This document shows, piece after piece, positions 26,976 to 33,823 of a stretch of DNA of 44,287 nt (the stretch's first letter is position 1; each line of letters begins with the position of its first letter). Position numbers and translations under genes: made by a program. Where the stretch lies: IMG/VR virus record IMGVR_UViG_3300045051_000014. One strand, written 5' to 3'. The DNA comes from a virus (taxonomy: Duplodnaviria; Heunggongvirae; Uroviricota; Caudoviricetes). The notes below the pieces were generated by a model. The model ran no database searches and was not told the DNA's origin. It saw nothing but the letters and a program-made list of their open reading frames with translations.

Positions 26976-27037
26976 GGTATTACAGGGTGAGGGAATGGTT
27001 CCCCACCCGGATCTGAAACCGACAAAGGTACTGAATT

Positions 27038-27361
27038 ATGACGACTCTCAACACGCTCGCGACGGCTCGCGAAACCCTGAAAACCGCGAAGGCGGCTGTT
27101 GTACTGGCTCGCGCCGAAGTGACGCGCCTCCGCGAAGAGGCGAAGGCTGAAAAGGCGGCTGCGACGGTTGCGCGTAAGGCTCGCAAGGCTGAAAAGCTCG
27201 CGAAGGCGAAGGCGAACGCGAAGGCGCGGATCGAACGTCTGGAAGCCAAGCTCGCTGCGCTCAAGGCGAAGCAGTCTTCCCCGAAGTCGCGCAAGCGTGC
27301 GGCTCGCAAGGCGGGTCCGGTCACGGTGATCGTGGCGAACGGTGAAAAGGTCGCTTCGTAA
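27038..27361 (+). CDS. Lys/Ala-rich histone-like basic protein
   Basis: KAEKAAATVARKARKAEKLAKAKANAKA..SPKSRKRAARKA; GC-rich codons; first gene after the class A promoter. Confidence 0.75.
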   Translation: MTTLNTLATARETLKTAKAAVVLARAEVTRLREEAKAEKAAATVARKARKAEKLAKAKANAKARIERLEAKLAALKAKQSSPKSRKRAARKAGPVTVIVANGEKVAS

Positions 27362-27418
27362 CTGCCTGATAGGCAAGGGGATTTTCCCCTTGCCTTTCTT
27401 CCCCGCGCACGGTATACT
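27359..27418 (+). promoter_or_regulatory. IHF-consensus site plus promoter (class A, copy 4)
   Basis: TAACTGCCTGATA (rc TATCAGGCAGTTA); TTGCCT 31 nt later; 17-nt spacer; TATACT. Confidence 0.72.
27371..27400 (+). terminator. Terminator hairpin overlapping the -35 of the next promoter
   Basis: AGGCAAGGGGA-ttt-TCCCCTTGCCT perfect 11-bp stem, then TTCTT. Confidence 0.75.
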
Positions 27419-27446
27419 GGTTATACAAAGTCAGGAAACGGAACAA

Positions 27447-27749
27447 ATGAACAACTTCATCATCGTCTACGCTGAGTCCATGGTTCGCCCGTACTTCACG
27501 AAGTCCTACAAGTTTCGGAAGACCGCGCAGAACGCTTGCGACAAGCTGAATGCCCGATACGCCAAGTCGCGTGGTCATTCGAAGGACCGTGATGTTGTGT
27601 TCGCCGTGTACTCGCACGAAGAGTATCGTGCGGCGACCGAAGGCAAGGGTGAGTGGAAGGTTTCGCCGTTCACTGGCGCGAAGGTTTGGGTTGCTCTAGG
27701 CACGCCTGCGTGCTGCGACCCGACGACCGAAACTTACATGAGCATGTGA
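27447..27749 (+). CDS. Hypothetical early-type protein (TPxCCDPxxETYxSM C-terminus)
   Basis: ATG 27447 after the promoter; recurrent phage C-terminal motif. Confidence 0.7.
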   Translation: MNNFIIVYAESMVRPYFTKSYKFRKTAQNACDKLNARYAKSRGHSKDRDVVFAVYSHEEYRAATEGKGEWKVSPFTGAKVWVALGTPACCDPTTETYMSM

Positions 27750-27753
27750 TCGC

Positions 27754-27972
27754 ATGGGACGCATGGCTGAACTCGACATGGAAATTCGCGAGCGCACTGC
27801 CGCACGGCAGGCTCCTGCGGAAATCGCAAAGGCTCTCGACATTCCGCAGCATTGGGTTGTGGAAATGATCGAAGAGAATGCGTACAACGATTACCTGCAA
27901 CATCGTGCCGACGAAGAATTCGCGGCAGAACAATTTGCTGACGCTGACGCGGAAGCCTACGGTCTTCGCTAA
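27754..27972 (+). CDS. Small acidic protein with HTH-like segment
   Basis: PAEIAKALDIPQHWV and an acidic C-terminus. Confidence 0.6.
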   Translation: MGRMAELDMEIRERTAARQAPAEIAKALDIPQHWVVEMIEENAYNDYLQHRADEEFAAEQFADADAEAYGLR

Positions 27973-27973
27973 T

Positions 27974-28336
27974 ATGTCCAAGTATCTCACGCACGAATCC
28001 CCGAATGCGTTTCTTGACCATCCGGTTATGGACCGCGCACAGGCTGCGAAGTATAATCTGACTAAGCAATGCCCGAAATGTCTCGGTCACGGTGGTTGGA
28101 ATCTTCTCCTGAATCAGTATCCTTTGCCGAAAGGCATGGAAAACACGGCGGCGAATCGTTCGAAGTACACGCACTTTCGCGCATCATGCTCGCACTGCAA
28201 CGGTTGGGGCTATGTGCGGCAGGATGAAATGTGTCCCGGTCATGAATGGGTATTCGTTCGCAATACCGGACGCTGCCTGAACCTGCATGAATGCAAACAC
28301 TGCGGCAAGCAGTGGGAAATCGACTCTTCGGATTGA
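27974..28336 (+). CDS. Zinc-finger protein (DnaJ-type CxxCxGxG)
   Basis: CPKCLGHGG, CSHCNGWG, CPGHEW..CKHCG. Confidence 0.7.
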   Translation: MSKYLTHESPNAFLDHPVMDRAQAAKYNLTKQCPKCLGHGGWNLLLNQYPLPKGMENTAANRSKYTHFRASCSHCNGWGYVRQDEMCPGHEWVFVRNTGRCLNLHECKHCGKQWEIDSSD

Positions 28337-28346
28337 GGTTTTGAAT

Positions 28347-28553
28347 ATGTCTTTTGCACCGATGGTTCGCACTACGGAATTTGGTCCGTTTGCCGGTAAC
28401 GGCTTGCGGTTCGCGACTCGCGAAGAGGCGCAGATGTGGCTTGACGATTTGATGTGCCGTTGGTTTGCCGTCACTGATGTTCGCGTGGACGAATCCACGG
28501 ATCCGGTGAACTACCGCACGGTTGACGGTCGCACTCTGGAAGAGGTTGCGTAA
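28347..28553 (+). CDS. Conserved small phage protein
   Basis: GAGG RBS; NGLRFATREEA..DL..RW..ESTDPVNY pattern. Confidence 0.7.
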   Translation: MSFAPMVRTTEFGPFAGNGLRFATREEAQMWLDDLMCRWFAVTDVRVDESTDPVNYRTVDGRTLEEVA

Positions 28554-28642
28554 TGTTCTGGACTATCGTTTTTGGTGTTTTGTTTTGGCTTGCGCTCTGC
28601 CTTTTCATTGCGCAGTTTGTAGGTTTTAACGGTAAGGATTGA
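28553..28642 (+). CDS. 29-aa single-TM peptide
   Basis: TAATG-coupled; MFWTIVFGVLFWLALCLFIAQFVGFNGKD. Confidence 0.5.
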   Translation: MFWTIVFGVLFWLALCLFIAQFVGFNGKD

Positions 28643-28643
28643 T

Positions 28644-28892
28644 ATGTACAAGACCAATGATCTGAAAAAGGGCGCTCGCGTCCTACTCCGTAACGGTTGG
28701 TACGGCACGATTGCCGACAACGCTCGCGGCAACATCCGCATGGTTGACGTAGAAGGTGACTTCCGCGAAATCGGTTCCGTCTACTCGCACGATATCATGC
28801 GTGCCTGCCCTAAGAATGGCGCGTGGGAAGACGTAGAACACACTCCCGCGCAGTTGAAGCTGCGCGAAACAGTCGAAAGGATGTTTACATGA
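28644..28892 (+). CDS. Conserved small phage protein (SH3/KOW-like suspected)
   Basis: KTNDLKKGARVLLRNGW..DN.RGNIR..VEG..GSVYSHDI. Confidence 0.7.
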   Translation: MYKTNDLKKGARVLLRNGWYGTIADNARGNIRMVDVEGDFREIGSVYSHDIMRACPKNGAWEDVEHTPAQLKLRETVERMFT

Positions 28893-29032
28893 ACGTATTC
28901 AAGGTTTGTGCGTTGGTCGCTGCGATATCGTCCCTGCTTGCCGCAATCAGCTATATCGGCACCAACACACCTGCGTCCCTTTACGCACTGTTGACCGCAA
29001 CGTGGGCAATGCTCGCTTTTGTCAAGGATTGA
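28889..29032 (+). CDS. Small two-TM membrane protein
   Basis: ATGA overlap; hydrophobic 47 aa. Confidence 0.55.
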   Translation: MNVFKVCALVAAISSLLAAISYIGTNTPASLYALLTATWAMLAFVKD

Positions 29033-29036
29033 ACTC

Positions 29037-29129
29037 ATGTTAGCTAAGATTTGGGATGAAATCGTCGGGCATTGCTACATCGTAATGCTCTGGATTCTCG
29101 ACATGGTTTTTGGACCCGCAGATGAATAA
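29037..29129 (+). CDS. 30-aa hydrophobic peptide
   Basis: AAGGA RBS; MLAKIWDEIVGHCYIVMLWILDMVFGPADE fills the gap exactly. Confidence 0.4.
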   Translation: MLAKIWDEIVGHCYIVMLWILDMVFGPADE

Positions 29130-29358
29130 CGTTCGCGACTGGAATTTCACCGACGAAGACGACGTAATGACCATTGCGGAATGGGAAGCGTGCGTGGCTG
29201 ACGGTCTGTTCATCGACTATGACGGATTCGGGTACTTCTGTAATCCCGAAACGAAGACCGAATTGGTCGGCTTCGACGTTTACCCTTCCATGATTGGCGA
29301 GCCTGTTTACGAGCAGCGCAAGGCTGAATGGACTCACGTTAACTGGTTTAACCGGTAA
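29122..29358 (+). CDS. Conserved small acidic phage protein
   Basis: DVMTIAEW..C..GLFIDYDGFGYF..THVNWFNR. Confidence 0.65.
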   Translation: MNNVRDWNFTDEDDVMTIAEWEACVADGLFIDYDGFGYFCNPETKTELVGFDVYPSMIGEPVYEQRKAEWTHVNWFNR

Positions 29359-29399
29359 GATACATAAGAGTGTTACCCACTCTTTTAAGGATGACTCTG

Positions 29400-29729
29400 A
29401 TGAAAAAGCTTTTCGTAACCCTTGCCGCACTCCTGTTCACTTCCCCGGCATTCGCGGGACTTGATCACTGGACATGCTCCAACGAAACGTCGGTGCTGTA
29501 CATGGCACTCAATACGGATGAAGGCAACTTTGTCCTATGGGATGACAAGGGACAGTTTCTCGCGGCAGCGAAGTTCAGCGACAGTGCGAAGACTCCTGCC
29601 GGTAACACGATGCTCTATGCCATTCTGGATAGCGGCGTAGGTGTCGGCGTTGCCAAGTCTGGTGACAATCTTATTCTCGCAATCACGGATGCCAAAGGCA
29701 AGGCAGCAGGCAAGTTCCTCTGTAACTAA
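29400..29729 (+). CDS. Secreted/periplasmic protein
   Basis: Signal peptide MKKLFVTLAALLFTSPAFA; terminal Cys pair (WTC..FLCN). Confidence 0.7.
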   Translation: MKKLFVTLAALLFTSPAFAGLDHWTCSNETSVLYMALNTDEGNFVLWDDKGQFLAAAKFSDSAKTPAGNTMLYAILDSGVGVGVAKSGDNLILAITDAKGKAAGKFLCN

Positions 29730-29731
29730 TC

Positions 29732-30088
29732 ATGACCCCGAAGAAAGTGAAATCGGTCTGCATTCCGCTAGACCCTGACGACTGCGGCAGTGTAATCCAC
29801 GGTTACGTGCGATTCCCTGAATTGGTGCAGCGCGACTACGGCAAGAAACTGTGGGAAGTCGAACAGTCTGCTTCCGTTTCACTTTCGGATTGCAACCGCA
29901 TCATTCAGTGGAACCTGACAGACGACGGCATTACCGGCGCGTACAACATCGACAAGTTGGACATTGCCATTTCCGCACTCACCGAATTGCGCAAGTACAT
30001 GAGTGAGGCAAATGCCGAACTCAAGAAAATGAACAAGGAACGCGCCCGACGCAACCGTGCGCTTGACCCTGAGTGGAAAGAAGACTAA
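29732..30088 (+). CDS. Hypothetical protein
   Basis: Tightly packed ORF; LSDCNRII, IDKLD..ISAL. Confidence 0.65.
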   Translation: MTPKKVKSVCIPLDPDDCGSVIHGYVRFPELVQRDYGKKLWEVEQSASVSLSDCNRIIQWNLTDDGITGAYNIDKLDIAISALTELRKYMSEANAELKKMNKERARRNRALDPEWKED

Positions 30089-30100
30089 TTGGAGTTAGTC

Positions 30101-30313
30101 ATGTATCATGTGAAAAGCTACAACCCGCAACCCCGGATCGTCTTTGATCCGACTTCCCACCAACATCGACTTGCATATGCTCTCTTTTTGAAGTATAATG
30201 GGTGGAAAGGTGGATGCCCGTTTCTCTTAGAAGAGCCTTATGGTGACATTCCTTCCATGATCAATGCTAAGATCGCGGAACATTCACTAAGACCTCTTAT
30301 GGATTTGGTATGA
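30101..30313 (+). CDS. Conserved small phage protein
   Basis: GGAG RBS; FDPT...HR..Y..FL...W...CPFLLEEPY. Confidence 0.65.
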   Translation: MYHVKSYNPQPRIVFDPTSHQHRLAYALFLKYNGWKGGCPFLLEEPYGDIPSMINAKIAEHSLRPLMDLV

Positions 30314-30780
30314 ACGAATATAATGATCGCGAACTGCGCTGCTACACGTTTACGCTGTATCAGCTATCGCCCATTCAGCAGGGCATTCAAGCCGGTCACG
30401 CTGCCGTTGAGCTAGGTGCCGTGGCATACAAGCGACTGGCACGCGACCTGCAATCGGACCACTTCCGCACCTATTACGATTGGGCTACCAAATGGAAGAC
30501 GATGGTGCTTCTGAATGGTGGCGACCTGCATGAACTTTGCGAACTGCGCAAGTTCTTCTCTCACGAACACAACACGTTCCCTTGGACAACGTTCTATGAG
30601 TCTGAGGAATCGCTAGGTGGTATCCTCACTTCGATTGCTATCATTCTCCCCGACCGCATCTACGGATCGGCAGAGAACATGCGCAAGTTGAAGCCGGGAC
30701 ACACCATGCCGAAGTGCGCATTCACCGAATGGGAATACGAATTGTTAGAACGACTTTGCAAGACAGGACTAGCACGATGA
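30310..30780 (+). CDS. Peptidyl-tRNA hydrolase type 2 (Pth2)-like protein
   Basis: LSPIQQGIQAGHAAVE (cf. Pth2 KxxAQxxHA), W..KTMVLL, F.E..L...T.IA topology. Confidence 0.55.
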   Translation: MNEYNDRELRCYTFTLYQLSPIQQGIQAGHAAVELGAVAYKRLARDLQSDHFRTYYDWATKWKTMVLLNGGDLHELCELRKFFSHEHNTFPWTTFYESEESLGGILTSIAIILPDRIYGSAENMRKLKPGHTMPKCAFTEWEYELLERLCKTGLAR

Positions 30781-31232
30781 CCGACCAATTTGATCTTGAA
30801 CAGGGTATTATGGGCTGTTGGCATGTGACCGACGACCTCAACGTTCTTTTGGAAGAACTGGTGGAGAATGATTCCTTTACAAAGGATCAGGCTTCTAACT
30901 TTGTTCTAGGACTCTCCACGATCTATGAGGCGAAGTTCGATAAGCTTTTCCGCACGTTCGAAGGATTCCTACAGACGCACTACACCGTCTGTAGGGAACT
31001 CAAGGAAACTCAGAAGGAACTTCGCGACCTTCGGGATGAAATGGAAGCCGCAGAGGAAGCGAACCTTGAACTGGCTGACGCTCTTGCGCAGGAGCATGAA
31101 GGTAAGACTCTTGAAGAACTCTTTCTAGAGGAAGAGCAGAAGGCATATGACCAGTTGCAGCTTGAAGAAGAGAACAATCGGCTCGACTTCTTCATGGAAG
31201 ACGAGAACGGATACTTCATCTTCCCGAAATAA
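30777..31232 (+). CDS. Hypothetical protein with acidic coiled-coil C-terminus
   Basis: FDLEQGIMGCWHVTDDL..N..LGL...Y..KF..LF..FE pattern. Confidence 0.7.
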   Translation: MTDQFDLEQGIMGCWHVTDDLNVLLEELVENDSFTKDQASNFVLGLSTIYEAKFDKLFRTFEGFLQTHYTVCRELKETQKELRDLRDEMEAAEEANLELADALAQEHEGKTLEELFLEEEQKAYDQLQLEEENNRLDFFMEDENGYFIFPK

Positions 31233-31233
31233 T

Positions 31234-31488
31234 ATGAACGAAAAATTCAAAGAGGTTGTGCGGTTGCTCGCGGATGAAGCCGGGATCAAGGATCTGGATG
31301 CCGCAGAGCGATTTGCCCAACTGCTAGGCGCACGGTGGATGGGAATAAATACCCCATTCATCTGCGGCGGCAGCGAAGACAAGGATGCCATGGGACTCCC
31401 TAGCACAATCACAGTCTGCCCCTCTTACGGCTTAGACGGTTTCGCAATCTATAAGAAGACCTCGGAGTACAGTGCGCCAAGCTACTAA
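31234..31488 (+). CDS. Conserved hypothetical protein
   Basis: FICGGSEDKDAMGLP..I.VCPSYGLDG..YK..YSAP. Confidence 0.65.
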   Translation: MNEKFKEVVRLLADEAGIKDLDAAERFAQLLGARWMGINTPFICGGSEDKDAMGLPSTITVCPSYGLDGFAIYKKTSEYSAPSY

Positions 31489-31690
31489 CGGAACAGGGAC
31501 TCCCTGTATCAGAGTTTGTAAAATGGACAGCCAGAGCAATCTATGCTCTGGCTGTTTTCGCACGCTTGATGAAATCGCAAACTGGCTCAAATACACCGAA
31601 GAACAGCGAGCCTACATAACTACGATGCTAGAACTAAGAAGGGAGTTACTATGCGAAGCCTTATCCTCGGAGCAATCCTCCTCGCCCTGA
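31472..31690 (+). CDS. DUF1289 (YdhL-like) Cys-rich putative Fe-S protein
   Basis: TPCIRVCKMD...LCSGCFRTLDEIANW. Confidence 0.8.
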   Translation: MRQATNGTGTPCIRVCKMDSQSNLCSGCFRTLDEIANWLKYTEEQRAYITTMLELRRELLCEALSSEQSSSP

Positions 31691-32523
31691 GTGGGCAGTC
31701 TTTGGGTCAAACAGTCGCGGTCACTACAGAGCCGCCGCCAACCGTCACGGTATCTGCCGCGCCGCTCACCGGACCCGCGCCGCTCACCACTACCCTGACA
31801 TGGAGTTCCACCAATGCCGATTCCTGTCGGCGTGGCAATGACGTACTTCCCACTTCTGGCTCCATTCAGATCACGAATATCAATAACGACACCCAGTATG
31901 TCGTCACCTGTACGGGCGGTAAGAACTACTCCGATGTAACATGGGTTCCTCCGACTCAGATGATCACCGGGGTCAATCCGGATGGATCTTGTATTGTAGC
32001 ACCAATTCCTGTCACTGGATCGGACTCGCTCGCAGGCTTTCGACTGGTCTACAATACAGACCTCGCGGCAATGAACCTGCCACCGGCATCCACGACCTGT
32101 TCCACCGGCACTGCCAACACGCCAATAGGCACCGTGGTCAACATCATGGATCCGGCAGCACGCTCCTATCGCGTTCCAGATCTGACTAATGGTACTTACT
32201 ATTATGTCCTCTCGGCACTCAATCAAGCCGGGAGTTCCTCTGCCTATGCGGGTCCGGTCACAAATACGATCAATCGCACCAGTGTCAGTGCTTCCGTGAC
32301 CGTGGACGTTACCGCATTCTCGACCACTGCCACTGCCGTCTATAACGTGGTCAAAAAGAACAACGGATTCGTGATGGTACAGGTAGGTACGGTTCCGCTA
32401 AATACAGTATGTGATAAGACGCAGTACGTGAACGGCTATAATGCCGTCCCTGTGTCGGCAGTCACATCATGGTCCGGAACCATCAGACCTATCGTGGTGG
32501 TGGCGCAATGCTCAGAACGCTAA
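31651..32523 (+). CDS. Secreted Ig-like/fibronectin type III protein
   Basis: Signal peptide; GPAPLTTTLTWSSTNA..C Ig-like unit; WVPPT..DGS..LAGFRLVY..LTNGTYYYVLSALN Fn3 unit. Confidence 0.8.
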   Translation: MRSLILGAILLALSGQSLGQTVAVTTEPPPTVTVSAAPLTGPAPLTTTLTWSSTNADSCRRGNDVLPTSGSIQITNINNDTQYVVTCTGGKNYSDVTWVPPTQMITGVNPDGSCIVAPIPVTGSDSLAGFRLVYNTDLAAMNLPPASTTCSTGTANTPIGTVVNIMDPAARSYRVPDLTNGTYYYVLSALNQAGSSSAYAGPVTNTINRTSVSASVTVDVTAFSTTATAVYNVVKKNNGFVMVQVGTVPLNTVCDKTQYVNGYNAVPVSAVTSWSGTIRPIVVVAQCSER

Positions 32524-32621
32524 TAGAAGACTTGTGGGACTGGTTGAAGGGACTGTTCCGTAAGAAAGATAAAACCCCACCTTCACAACTTAAGGAGTTA
32601 AACTTATGGCAAAGGCAGTAA
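32508..32621 (+). CDS. 37-aa amphipathic peptide
   Basis: MLRTLIEDLWDWLKGLFRKK..; fills the gap between the two Fn3 genes. Confidence 0.4.
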   Translation: MLRTLIEDLWDWLKGLFRKKDKTPPSQLKELNLWQRQ

Positions 32622-32911
32622 ATGTAAGTTGGGTTTATCCAACTACCCGCGAAAGCACCAAGCCGCTCAACCCTGCGGATATCGCAAGTGTTGAGCTTTC
32701 CCTGTCCGCAGACAACGTGAACTGGTCTGCATACGACACATTCCCTAACGGAGTCCTCTCCACCGTCATTCCTGAACTGGAAATCGGTGAGTGGTTCGTT
32801 CAGGGTGTGGTTGTGGACACCGCAGGCAAGAAGAGCAAGCCAGTGGTTAAGTCGATTGTTGTTCCGGACGAAACCGCTCCCGGCGCTTTGCAGTTGACTT
32901 TGACGTTCTAA
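32606..32911 (+). CDS. Single Fn3-domain protein
   Basis: AAGGAG RBS; VSWVYPTTRE..PL...I..LEIGEWFVQGVVVDTAG. Confidence 0.75.
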   Translation: MAKAVNVSWVYPTTRESTKPLNPADIASVELSLSADNVNWSAYDTFPNGVLSTVIPELEIGEWFVQGVVVDTAGKKSKPVVKSIVVPDETAPGALQLTLTF

Positions 32912-32922
32912 TCGCGTATAAT
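32894..32922 (+). promoter_or_regulatory. Sigma70-type promoter
   Basis: TTGACT-17-TATAAT. Confidence 0.7.
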
Positions 32923-32956
32923 GGGGTGGGTGTGCAATGCACCCACCCCGTTTGTT
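32923..32956 (+). terminator. GC-rich hairpin / probable terminator of the Fn3 genes
   Basis: GGGGTGGGTG-tgcaatg-CACCCACCCC followed by GTTTGTT. Confidence 0.65.
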
Positions 32957-32969
32957 ATGGAGTATCACC

Positions 32970-33059
32970 ATGCCTGCAAAAGTTGGATTGAAGAGACACG
33001 GAAAGGGACGAGCAAAGCTCGGTTCTAAGAAGCGTAAGTCCCGAAACAAGAAGAAGTAA
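32970..33059 (+). CDS. 29-aa K/R-rich peptide (absent from the ORF track)
   Basis: GGAG RBS 7 nt upstream; MPAKVGLKRHGKGRAKLGSKKRKSRNKKK; ends 2 nt before the next ATG. Confidence 0.7.
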   Translation: MPAKVGLKRHGKGRAKLGSKKRKSRNKKK

Positions 33060-33061
33060 TT

Positions 33062-33823
33062 ATGAAAGTAACTGTGATTACAGCCACGGTAGGCAACCCG
33101 TTGCTTGGGCATAACCTGCGCTCTATTGCTAATCAGACTCATAAAGACGTTCAGCACCTTGTAGTGGTGGACGGTGAAGAGCATTGGCAAAAGGTGCATG
33201 ACCACATATTCCAATTAGAGACAGAAGGCGTGGATCTTGAACATGTGGACATTCTGGCGATGCCGTTCTCCATTGGCAAGGACCGATGGAATGGACACCG
33301 AATCTATGCCGCAGGCGCGTTTCAAGCAGATGGAGAGTTCATCATCTATCTGGATGACGATAACTCACTAGAGCCGACACACATCGAAGACTGCCTCACG
33401 GTTATCGCAAAGGGTAACTATTGGGCATACTCATTCCGTAACATCGTGGACAAGGATCACAAGTTCCTCTGTAAAGACGATTGCGAGAGCCTAGGTAAGT
33501 GGGCATCCGTTCTGGATCCTCGCGACTTCTTCATCGACGTAAACTGCTACTTCATTCCTACGAAGTTAGCCATTCACCTAGGACCGGCATGGTATCGAAA
33601 GTTCCGTGAACCGGGACAGCCGGAAGTGGATCGTGTTCTCGCACACACCCTCATGAACAACAACCTGAAATACGATACCACCTATGGATACACGGTCAAT
33701 TACACGGTGGGTAACACACAGAATTCCGTTCAGCCCGAATTCTTTGAGCGAGGTAATGCAGAAATGCGCCGCCGCTTCCCCGATGGGCTACCTTGGAAGA
33801 TACAGGAGCTACCTCTTGAATAA
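33062..33823 (+). CDS. GT2-family glycosyltransferase
   Basis: VTVITAT, SIANQT, HLVVVDG, IIYLDDDN. Confidence 0.85.
   Translation: MKVTVITATVGNPLLGHNLRSIANQTHKDVQHLVVVDGEEHWQKVHDHIFQLETEGVDLEHVDILAMPFSIGKDRWNGHRIYAAGAFQADGEFIIYLDDDNSLEPTHIEDCLTVIAKGNYWAYSFRNIVDKDHKFLCKDDCESLGKWASVLDPRDFFIDVNCYFIPTKLAIHLGPAWYRKFREPGQPEVDRVLAHTLMNNNLKYDTTYGYTVNYTVGNTQNSVQPEFFERGNAEMRRRFPDGLPWKIQELPLE

Noticed and set aside
26985-27008. tRNA-like structure at GC hairpins (also 32923-32949)
   Set aside because: Single stem-loops with no D arm, T-loop GTTCRA or acceptor stem.
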